From positions 4,712,001 through 4,776,000 of the forward strand of contig NC_087447.1 of assembly GCF_036321535.1 (NCBI RefSeq): DNA of 64,000 nt, written 5' to 3'. The first letter of the stretch is position 1; each line of letters starts with the position of its first letter. The stretch comes from Camelus dromedarius (Eukaryota). The position numbers and the translations under genes are program-made. Under the pieces are notes generated by a model. It worked only from the letters and a program-made list of their open reading frames with translations, was not told the DNA's origin and ran no database searches. This document shows positions 37,723 through 49,476 of the stretch, in pieces.

Positions 37723-40552
37723 CAAGAGGAAAGATGAATGGGGACACAAGTGCAAGATGATGAGAATTGGAGGTGAGGGATAGGAGAGGAAGGAGTCAAC
37801 TGGGGACCGAGACTCGGAAGGAGCATGATTGGGAGCCCAAGAGGCAGAAGGCAGGAGGAGGGCTTAAGAGGATCCCAAACCAGAGAAGAAGAGGCCCAGG
37901 TTAGTCCAGTTAGGGAGCGGAGGAGGGGAAAGTTGGGACACTCCCGTCTGGCTGGGGAGCTAAAAGGTCTTGCCGGGCCAAGGCTGGGCCCCAGGAAGTG
38001 TTACCCTCAAAGAAAGAGTTAGCCCTTTAGGCGGCCCAGGCCTCCCCCAGGCCCTCTCTCCCTGGGAGGGGGTTGTGCATTTCCATCTACCTGCCTACCT
38101 CCCCCATGTGAGTCTAGGTGGCTACTTAGTGTGTGCCATGAGGTGTTAGGCTAATATGAGGAGTCAGCATCCACACAGTGCCACGATATAAATATCTACT
38201 TAGAAATCTGCTTTTAATCACTTTTTTTTTCTCCCTGAAAGAAGCATCTCTAAAATCTCAACACAGATTTCCTGATTATACGGCAGACTTGCTAATGGAC
38301 AGAGGTATCACATTTACCCACGTTGCCAGCAAGACCTAGGCTTTTAACCTGGTACAAAAACTTCCAGAAACCTGGAAGCAAGCAATGTAATTAAGATGCT
38401 ATCTAGTGCTCCAGGTTCCCATCTGCCACAAAGACACATCCTTTGGACCACAGGACAATGTCTATATACACAGAACCACAAGCATGTGTTCCTTGGGTTC
38501 TGATATCAAAGTTCAGCCAGGTGACGTGTCAGAACAAGTATCTGTGGTTTGCCCTGTATTTATTTCCACAGTCCCTACTCCTTGGTATGTATAGTTCCTC
38601 CAGCTTGGGGTAAGGACTTACTGAGCACGTTGCTGCTGATCAATAAATGTTGCTAGTGTGATGAAATGTGGGGGCTAACCCTTGTGTTGGACCCAGGAAC
38701 CTGTGTAATCCAGGAAAAAATAAGCAATTTGGAGTCTGAGTTCATGTAACTTGCATACAGCACCCTGCATATAACAGTTTCATAAAAGAGTTAACAATCA
38801 AGCCAATGTTGGGGACACAAGAAATTGGAGACAGGGGGTGTTAAGAGGCATCACAAAGTCAAGGACCAGAAAAGGATCATGAAATTGGTGCCCAGAGTTA
38901 CAATATGAGGGTGCCTTTCTAACAGAGTGTTGCCTGACTCGGGGGTGCTGCCCCTTCCCTGGAGAACTTTTGGGGAGCTGACCCCTGACAAAGGGGAACT
39001 CCCAGCAGCAGTCTAACCTCCTGTTTTTCCATCTGCCCTCCCACTTGCTACTAACTTAATCCTTCTTGCTTATACCCTTTTGCCCCAAGGGTCCCTTTCC
39101 TTTTCACCGACTATAGTCTGAGAATTTGATTTGCCCAGTCTCCCTGCACCAGATGAGAATAACTGGCCAGACCCTCATTTTAGGCTCATGAAAGTGTTTG
39201 CAAGGGAAACTATTACTCTCTAAGTCTTGTTAATGGTCTGTCCATTGTGTGCCAACTTAGAAAGATTAGCACAGGTCTCCACATGGAATCTTGGCATATA
39301 GACAACGCTGTTGGAAAGTGGAGGCAGGACCATACCAGAGTGATGATGTCACAGTGCAAGGGCCTGTTCTTGACTCTACACGGTGGCCAATTCCTGGTTC
39401 TATAGGAGTGATCACCGGCCCCACTGGCTGAGTGAATAAGCAATCATGGAATCCAGCAGACGTCTCCTGAGATAGCTCTAGAGAGATGTTCCATGTGCAC
39501 ACTCATCTCATGTATGTAACTGTGTATGTGATTGTACACATACGTGGCAGAGTGCATGTATGTGCAGTAGTGTGCATGTGTGTGTGGCTGTGCATGTATG
39601 CATGTGTGGCTGTGTGTGCATGTGGGTGTCTGTGATAGAGAGCAGGCTGGTGGTGGTCCTCAGGCATCACCACCTGCTAATACCTGCCACTCTAGGAGGT
39701 GATGGGTTTCTTTAATCTCCTGGGCTTACATTAGATATTCATCAATGAGAGAGTCATTTGTGCTGGTTAATATCTTTATATTACAACTGTATTCCTGAAC
39801 TCTTCCAAAGTTTTGCTTGGCTCCTAGAAAAATACATCTCCTGGTATGTCAATCATGCAGTTTCTCTAAATTATTCATCCCTACCTGTAAAACTATCGAG
39901 TGAGATGCCTCTGTGCCTTTCTTCCTGCTAGTTCAAAGTACTTAAACATCAGACATTGTTTTCTTTCATTGGAACCTTTGAGAAGCGTTTTCCAAAAGTG
40001 ATACATGCTTGTTAAAAAAAAGTGATACGAGGTAGAAAATGGAAATCATCAGTCAATTCCTTCTCCTGGGATTACCATTATTCATGTTCTGATGTAAATC
40101 TTTCCAAACCCGTCGATGAATGTTTATAAATAAAGCTAGGATCATGGTGTGGATGCTGCTCTGCAACCTGCTTTTTTCACTTAGTGATGCATGCTGCGCC
40201 TCCTCCCATGTCAATATGTGAACGTTGGTATATTTTTCAACAGCTGCCATAGCATTTTACATATGGATGAGACCATATTTTATGTAACCATTCCAACTTT
40301 CTACTGTTATGATGGTGATGAATACCATTGTAGGTCTGCATTTTTGGGCATCCATCCAATTGGTTCTTTAGAAGAAGTCCCAGCAGTAGAAAGTGGGGCA
40401 TCAGAAGTCTTGACATTGAAAATCTTGATACACATTGTCATTTTCCCAGTATTATGATCTAGTGAATGCTGTCATTTCGTGCCTCCTTCCCACTGGATTT
40501 CCACCCCTCCACTGCTTTTCCTCAAGAGTGTTTACTCTTTTTCAAACCCTAG

Positions 40553-40750
40553 ATGCATCTGTTAGCAGAGTGGAGCATCTGCCTGCGTCCCATATGTGCC
40601 ACAAAGCGTGCCATGGCCAGGGAGTGCCCCTCAAAGCTGCCCTCGCCTCCTGCAAAGCCAGACCTCGCCCGGCGAGCACACGGTGCCAAGCCCACAGCTC
40701 TCCAAGGAAGATGGCCCAGCCTGGGGGTGCGCCCTGAGCACCTGCCTCTG
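40553..40750 (+). other. C11orf24: Putative C11orf24 5' leader exon 2 (198 nt, four uATGs)
   Basis: Acceptor tttactctttttcaaaccctAG|ATG (AG 40551-40552) and donor CTG|GTGAGT (40751). Lies between the promoter exon and the ATG exon; I recall a four-exon structure for the human gene. Confidence 0.6.
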
Positions 40751-41269
40751 GTGAGTGTCCAAGGCCCTGCGGGCAGAGCCGCCTGCCCAGTAACAGGACA
40801 GTGAGCCTGGAGAGAGACCAGAGGGGGCTTTGCAGGGTCAGGGTGACAAAGGAAAGACAGTGGAGATCAAAGGGCTGAGCCTTCCAGGGACCAGGAGAGC
40901 CTGGTCTGTGGCATTTCACTGTCAGAGGTTCTGCCTTCTCTGGTGGACTGGTGGCAGGGGGGAACCATGTGGTCCTCCAGGCCCTCTTCTGTTTCTGTGA
41001 GGTTCTCTCTGGGCCTCATGTCGTGACACTATGGGAGCCCTTGCTGCACAGGCTGGGGTGCTGCATCTCACGGATGCAGGGGGCGGAGGGGGTGCCTCAT
41101 AGCAGAAGGCGCCCCAGGGGGAAACTGACTAGAAGCTGTTCCAGGACTGGGAATGAGACAGTCTGTGTCTGCTCCAGGGCGAGGAAGAAGGAAACCCATT
41201 TGGTGCCTTGAATCAGTTCCTCCTGCCTTAGCTGGAGCATCAGCTCCGAGGTTTGCTAAAGCCCAGAGG

Positions 41270-41482
41270 AGGGGCTGGCAGACTACGGCCTGTGGACCAA
41301 GTCCCGCCTGCTGCCCATCTCTGTAAATAAAGTTTTATCAGGACAGCCACACCCATCATGTGCCTGTGGTCCAGAGCTGTTTTTGCAGACTTGAGTAGCT
41401 GGGGCAGAGACCATCTGGCTCACAAACTCTAAAATATCTGCTATCTAGCTCTTTACAGAACAAAGTTTGCTGACCCTGGCCT
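41270..41482. mobile_element. MER58-like hAT MITE
   Basis: ctacggcctgtggaccaagtcc...gtaaataaagttttat...ctttacagaacaaagtttgctgaccc. Confidence 0.75.
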
Positions 41483-43828
41483 AGGGGTTTTAGTGAGGGG
41501 TCAGCGGAAGGCCCTAAGGCCTGGGGTGCATTCAGGAAGCCCCATCCCATCCCCAACCCGCAGCAGACCCCGGAACCAGAGCTCAAACTCAGGGAGCACG
41601 CTGGGCTCAGTGGTGGTGGCATTTTAAATGCGTTCAGTCAACGTGACTGGCCCGAGAAAGAGCATTTAAATCCATGTATTGACTGAGCGCCCAGCTGCGT
41701 GAGCCTCAGCTGATGTGGGGAGCGCGTGCTCTTGGTGCCAGAACCTCCCGTTTGAGTCCTTCCCTCTCATGAGATTGGTCTGTTTCTTCTCTCCCCACCC
41801 CACCCCCACTTGTTTCTGTCAGGACAAAGAATGCCTTTTGCACTTGAGAAAACAGACGCAAATCTGGTCTGTAGGGCCAAGGAAAGACACCGGGGTCCTT
41901 ACGGGCAGCGTGGGAGGAAAGGGGAGCTGAGGCTGAACTAGAGTTAGTGACTCTCGGAGAAGGATCAGAGCACTGGGGAGGCCGCCAGCCTCCAGCAGAG
42001 CTTGTGCCCAAAGGGGTTTTCCAATCTCGGGGCCCTTTACAGCAGTCCCTGCTGCTCACAGGAGGCCAACAGCCACCCTTAGATGTCCCTTTAGGCTGCG
42101 CGGGGGCTTTGGGGTCGCTCCCAGCAGGCCTGGAGGCGCTCCTGGTGGGGTGGGGGTGCTGAGGCTGAGCCGGGTGCCAGGCTGGGAGCTGCTGGGATTT
42201 CACAGGTCCAGCGGAAAGGGGCTGGGAGCATCGGGGAGAGGCCGGTGGGGTCGGATTGTGAAAGCCGCCTCGGCCACGTTAAGGAGCTTTGGAGTCACCC
42301 TGGGACAGTGAGGGGTTTAAGCAGTGGAAGCAGGCTCAGCTTTGCAGGTTACAAAGACCTTTCTGGCAGCCGTGGGGTGGCAGATGGAGCAGGACCAGGA
42401 TGGGAGTGCTTGAAGGTGACCCTCAGGGCTGGGAAGCCAGCAAGCCGGCCCTGGTCAGCGGGAGCCAGCCTGGTGGCAGGGCCGTGGAGGGCAGCGGTTA
42501 GTGTCCATGCCGGGGAAGGAGCCGGTCAGGGCGGTTCATTCAGAGCCACTTGAAGGCTCCCTTCCAAGACGTCCCATGGAACTCAAGAGCTTCTCAATGA
42601 GGGCAGGTGGAAACACCGAGGGCCTCGGTGTCTTCAGGAAGGACTGATTCTGGAGGCACCTCGGAAGCCCCATCTTGTCGCCTGCCCTCAAGCTGCCAGT
42701 GTGCCTGGGGAGCTTGGTCACGGATCGCGAGTGTTTAGGGTGGGTCGTTGTTCAGGGAGGGCCTGGGCCCCACAGGTGGGGCTGAGGACAGGATCAGGGC
42801 ACACCCAGGACCAGCAGGGCATGAAGTGATGGGACACTTGAGGCCACCTGGCCCCGCGGCTCCCCTGTGGCAAGGGCCCCCAGCCTGCCGGCATGTGGCA
42901 GACACCCAGGGTCCGTGTGGGGAGACCCCTGTGCACTTGGGAGGCCAGTTTTGGCTGGACCCAGGCCTCATCCTGGTGAGGCTCCGCTGTGGTGGCATCT
43001 CTGGAAGTTTCTGCAGTCACACTGTCACTCTCAGAGACAGCAGGGCTTCTGTGATCAGGTCCTCTCAGCTCGCCCTCTGTCTCTCTGTGTGACCCACTTT
43101 CTAAGTCTCTCAGCCTCCTGGGGCCTTGTCCCCTCCTGCCTGTGTCACCCCCCAGCTGCCTCCTCACTGGGCCCCTCATGCCGGCCCCCTCGCTGGAACA
43201 CCTTCATGCACTTGTCACAGTTCTGCCTCGGGCCTGGAGGGGCTCCCATCCCCACCACCAAAATCCAGCTGCCCCTTGGCAGCCCGCCTCTCTCTGATTT
43301 AATCCCAGTTCTCTCCACACTGGCTCCTGGCCCTGCTGCTGTCGTCTGCTGCTCTCTCCTTCTGGCCTCCCCACCCCCTTCCCCACCAGGTAGACCCCAT
43401 CCATCTGTCAGAATGCAGCCCAGGAACCATCCCTGGCACCCCACCTCCAACCGCCCGTCAGCTGAATTCAGTGCCTCATCTGGGCCCCTGCAGCACCCTG
43501 TCATCTCCCACCCACCTTTGGGGCCTCCTCACAGAGGACCAGCCTCCAGCTTACCCTCAAGGCCTGCCCAGATGCCATCTCCCCCGGCTTCCCAGCACTG
43601 AGTCATGCCTCGGCTCAGCGCTTACACTGGCTGCAGTGACCTCTTTTCTGCGTCTCCCGCTGGATGCAGGCTCCCCGGGGGAGGGAGCTGTGTGGCTTTC
43701 ATCTTCTCGTCCTAAGTGCGCTGCGTGGCACATGAGCAGGCACTCGGGGAGCGCTGGATGAGCGGGTGGTGGCTGGGTGCTGGGTGCTGGGTGTTGGGTG
43801 GATGGGGGTGGATCAGGGATGGCGAGGC

Positions 43829-43888
43829 TGGCGGGCTTAGCGGCACCTCTCCACGTGGTGGCGGGCTCAGTGGCACCTCTCCACGTGG
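43829..43888. repeat. 30-bp tandem duplication, each unit with CCACGTGG
   Basis: tggcgggcttagcggcacctctccacgtgg / tggcgggctcagtggcacctctccacgtgg (2 mismatches). Confidence 0.92.
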
Positions 43889-44273
43889 TCAGCCATCACA
43901 GGGTGCAGAGAAGTGCACTGGGCCTGGTTGGGTCCTGCAGGCCCCGGGAGAAGTTAAGGAGGAAGACTTGGCAGATCTCGGTGATTGGAAGGCCGTGGCC
44001 TCGTGAATGCGGCCAAGTCTTGGCCCTCCCTCTGCTTCTCTTTCAAACTCTGAACTCTGGGGTGGGATAGTGAGATGCGTGGTAAAATTGGGTCAGGCAC
44101 TGGGCGGATCACAGGACACGTAGCTGAGATGTGTTGGGCTGTTCCTGAGCGCCAGGTCCCGGTGGAAACGCTTGGCTTGGTTTGCACCCTGGGCCCTGCG
44201 AGAGCTCTCCAAATCCGGTACAGTGCTCCAGACGGGGCCGTGTGTTATTGACCAAACGCCTTCTTGATCACAG

Positions 44274-44371
44274 ATCCCTCGGCCAAGTAGCAGGGAACCG
44301 TTATCAGCCTGAGGACCGGCCGGCTGGGAGCCTCGGGGACTGCCCAGCCCTGCTCCGGGCTCACCTGCAAG
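44274..44371 (+). other. C11orf24: C11orf24 exon 3, 5'UTR part
   Basis: Acceptor ttgac...ccttcttgatcacAG| at 44272-44273, 98 nt before the ATG. Confidence 0.7.
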
Positions 44372-44447
44372 ATGTGGACAGCCCTCGTGCTCCTTTGGAT
44401 TTCCTCCTGGCCCTTATCTGAAAGTCAGGTGGCGCCCCCGCAGCCCC
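44372..44447 (+). CDS. C11orf24: C11orf24 first coding exon: signal peptide MWTALVLLWISSWPLSESQVAPPQP plus 1 nt
   Basis: Context caagATG, donor C|GTAAGT at 44448. Matches human N-terminus MWTALVLIWIFSLSLSES. Phase 1 joins the next exon in frame. Not present in the ORF track. Confidence 0.92.
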
Positions 44448-45168
44448 GTAAGTAAGAAGGCTGTGTGACTGCTGGACAGGCCTGCAGGAGCCCTGGCGCT
44501 CCCGGCTGCAGGGCTGGGAGGGGCTGTGAGGCCAAGCTCCTCCAGGGCCACCAGGGACTCGGCCTCTGAGCCCCGAGAGGGTGCTTGTTTGGCCCTGCCA
44601 AGTTTCATTTCTCCCATGAACCTAATCTTCACTGTGGAGCTTGTCCATTCATACGTCAGGTATTTAATTGCACTTCTACTCAGTGCCAGGCAGTGTCCAT
44701 CTGCAGGAATCCTGCTGTGAGCCCCTTCCTAAAGCCAAGAATTCTTGTACGGTGTGAATATCTGGGCAACGATTTATCTGCTTTGTAAACCTGGGCGTGT
44801 GGTTGGCGGCTTCTTTTAATGGTGAATCACACCTGTAATGTGAGACTTTGTCTGATGTTTTGGGAATTGGATCAAAGAGTGAAGCTCTTAAGCCTTCAAT
44901 GGGCTTGGGGTTCAGAAAGGGCAGAGGAGTTTTTAAATCAGAGTGCCAAGTGCCTCTCGGAGGGGCTGCAGACCAGACGTGTGCAGTGAGGAGATGAGAG
45001 GGGAGCGTGTTCTCCCATCACCCCCTTTATTCTCGCTGGGCTGAGAAGAACGGCCCCACACAGCTGCCCAGGCCAGCCCCATGGGCCGCAAAGTAAGACG
45101 ATCTCTGAGTAATCCACCTGCACAGGATGGAAAGTGAGCGTTTCTTTTTCTCCCTTTTCTGACTCTAA

Positions 45169-46287
<1,119 letters not shown>

Positions 46288-46531
46288 GGCCGGGGCCGAG
46301 CCCTTCCCCTCCTTCCATTTTGCCTCTGAGACCAAACCAAGTGCTTCCAGATTCTTTTGGTGCAATTTAGGAGACGTGCCAGATGCTTAAACACATTTAA
46401 TTGCTGTCAGATTAATTCCACGATCCCTAAAGAGTTGCCGCTTTTTTCATATTTATTTTTGTAACGATCGTGTCGACGAGCAGGCAGGGATTCTGCCATG
46501 GAGTGGAGAGGGGGCGTGGGTCCTGACCTGA

Positions 46532-46537
46532 ATTAAA
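46532..46537 (+). terminator. Probable C11orf24 polyadenylation signal ATTAAA
   Basis: First hexamer seen, about 245 nt after the stop, with GU-rich sequence downstream (tgtgtct, tttgtgtg). Confidence 0.55.
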
Positions 46538-49457
46538 GCAATGACTCTTTCTGCTCAGCCTGTGTCTCCCCATTTGTGTGGGCGCAACCCTCATCGCACC
46601 CAGGGGTGCCTTTTCAAGATGCATGTCCCAGGGTGTGTTTTCATAAACGTTTACTTTAACAGGAGGCGCAGGAGGTCTGCCACTCTCCTGGGTTCTGCTC
46701 TTAGGCCCAAACCTGCTGGACGCTGGGCAGGAGGAGCTCCAGCCTTTGAGGGGCTCTGGCACCATGTGGAGAAGGGGCCCTTTCCTCTAAGCCTCCTTTT
46801 TCTGGACTAGTAGGTGGCTAACGCGGGAGCCTGGTTTGGACACGAGAGAGCGAACACAGCCTGTAAACCACTCACGTGGGCTGCACGGCGTAGCCAGGTC
46901 GCCGGGATCTGCCCGGACCAGGCTCGTAGGGACCCCGCACACCTCACTTTGTGCACTGGCCTCGTGCGTGCGGTAGGACACTCATCACTAGCACCTTGCC
47001 CCAGGTCACCTGGAACCCGGGGGAGCCCCAAGGCCGAGTGAGCCCAGGGACCCCTCCTCAGCAGGACGATTGCCCCACGTTCTAGGCCTCACATCCCCAG
47101 CAGCCCTCAAAGCTGACACCACGTGCTTGTCCCGTGCCAGACGCTGTCTTTGGCGCTTAACGCACATAACTCATTCAGCCCCCCAACCCCCGACCCCAGT
47201 AGATCAGTGGTGGTGACCCAACTTTAAAAGCGGGGCCACTGAGACACGTAGGAGACTCCCACTGAGGGCCAGAGTCAGGGTTAAACCCAGTTCTGGAGTT
47301 CAGCTCTCGCTTTAACCACTGTCTTTTAAACCACCCCGCCTGAGGCTGGGTTCTCAGGCCAGGTCTGCGGCATCGAACTGTGGGGCCTGGAACAAGTGCG
47401 GACTGTTCTGGACTCAGCCTCTTCACCGGTGGAATGGGGAGACAGAATCACATGTGTCGTGGCCCTGGGGGGTGCGGTGCCTGGCCTGATTGGGGGAGGG
47501 AGCTGACTCTTACTTCTCAACTGCTCCGAACCCCAAGGAGGAGACCGTTGTGCCTGGAGTCCCCAGTTTCCCCACTGCAGATGTCCAGGTTCTATTTAAA
47601 TTCGGCCTCCAAAAAAGGATTTCAAATGGCTTGTAATAAAAAACAAAGTAAACTCCCAAACCGGTCGAAATAACATGAGTCAAGAGTGGAGAAACATACA
47701 GAGTAGGGAGCAGAGAACAGTCCTCACCCATCTTCCAGCTCCGTGTGGGGTCCCCGGCCCATCTTTTCTCACTGGTCGGCCCAGTGGGCCCAGCAGCCCC
47801 CCTTTCCCTGCCCGAAAACCTCTACCTGTCTCTGAGCTGTGCTGTGCATCCTGACAGCTGGGCTTCAACCAGACTGTGCACCTGTGTTTCTCCCTTCCCT
47901 TGCGGACCCGTCGCACACCTGAGCCCCTCTGCTGTGTGACCACAGGTGCTGGTGCTGACCGTGGCTGGGAAGGTGTCAGTCTCACTGATCTGAGCTCCAG
48001 GCCAGCCTGCAGCTCTGTCCTGGAGTCTGAGAAGCCACCTGCTGCCAGGCAGCTCTGCACATCAGGGCAGAGAATTTGGAGGCTTTAAGGAATGCCTTTC
48101 CTCTGCCTGCATCACCCCAACGACCTGTCAAAGACAGGCTCCCCAACAGAGGCAGAGCCCAGGCCCACGTGAGCCACAGCACACTGGGTGCCTTGTTCCT
48201 TTCCAGGGACATAGGACAAGGGGCAACCCACAGGGCTGGCTTTCATCCTTAGCCTGTGACCAGGGGCCTCTGCCTGGCACCCCTACCTCCAAGGAATGAG
48301 GGCAGGGTGTCACAGGGCCTGCCTGTCGCTCTGCCTCAGCCAGGACTCCCAAGTCCTTTCGTCCCTAGGATTGGTTGTGCCCTCCCTCCCTCCCTCCTTG
48401 AGGGTCCTGTTCCAACCATCCACCATCATTTTGTCTCCATTGGGGGCCACAGATTTGTGACATGCAAGGCCAAATGGGCCCCTAGGAATGTGTTTGGTCC
48501 TCGGGGTTCTTCCTAAAACCAAAGGCATCGCTGCTTATCTAAGCCAGAAGTTGGTGCATCATCCTTGAGTCCAACTGACCATCCTAACTATTCCTATTAG
48601 TGAGCCTCCCCCCAGCATGGACCCCCTTCCCTGCCACCCTGCCTGGGGCCTTGCCACCAACTGCCAGCTCCAGCCCAGCTGTGCTCCACCCTGCAGCCAG
48701 GGCCCCTCCGAATACAAACATGACCACACCTTTCCCTGCCAACGGCCTGTCCGAGGATAAAGAACAAACTGCTCCTCCCAGCATTCTAGGCCAGGGCAAA
48801 CCTTTTAGAGGATCCCGGCTGAGCAGAGCTGGAGGGAAGGAGCCAGTCTCAAGAAACTCGCAGGAGTTGGAGACCACGGAGGGCCCCTCCCAGCAGGCCT
48901 GGGCGAGTCTAGGAGGGCGACATGTCTGAGCCCCAGGCCCTCCCGGCCTTGGAGGCCACCAGGCTGCAGGGGGCCAGGCGGGTGGGCCCCAGCTCAGCAG
49001 GCCCATTCAGTGCCCACTGATTGTCAACCAGTTGGGGATTCAGAGATGAAGCTGCCCCCCAACAGCTCACTGGGTGTGGGTGAGAGCAAGAAGCAATGAG
49101 GAAGTGAGAGGGTGCACAGGGGAGGCACCTGACCTGCTGGGATGCTCAGGCGAGGCTGCGGCAGAGGGGACTCAGCCTCCTTCTCCAGCGGCAGGGGCTG
49201 TGGCAGGTTCAGTGCAGAGTGACACCAGCACGCAGGAGGGGCAGGTCCCTGCTGCAAGGAGGAGAGTCTGAGGGGAAAGTGCCAGAGGCCAAGGTGAACA
49301 GAGAGCCAAATTCTGGGCTTGGCTCCAAAAGAGGCTTTCTTCCCTTCACAGTGAGGAACCCGAGGCACCGGAAGTCCAAGTCACTTGCCCAAGGTCACTG
49401 TCCAAGCAAGTTTTTCTCCTGGGGCAGCCCTGCATCCTCAGACCGGCAAAGTCCAAG

Positions 49458-49476
49458 GGCTCCCCCTGGTGGCCAA
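49458..49476 (-). promoter_or_regulatory. CTCF motif (reverse orientation)
   Basis: Minus strand TTGGCCACCAGGGGGAGCC. Motif only. Confidence 0.55.

Noticed and set aside
37153-37826. ORFs of 83-194 aa over the C11orf24 promoter
   Set aside because: GC-island and minisatellite artefacts; the longest starts at a non-ATG codon and none resembles a known protein.
42867-43601. 244-aa ORF in C11orf24 intron 2
   Set aside because: Non-ATG start, low-complexity P/S/L composition, no recognisable domain and no convincing splice-site pair.
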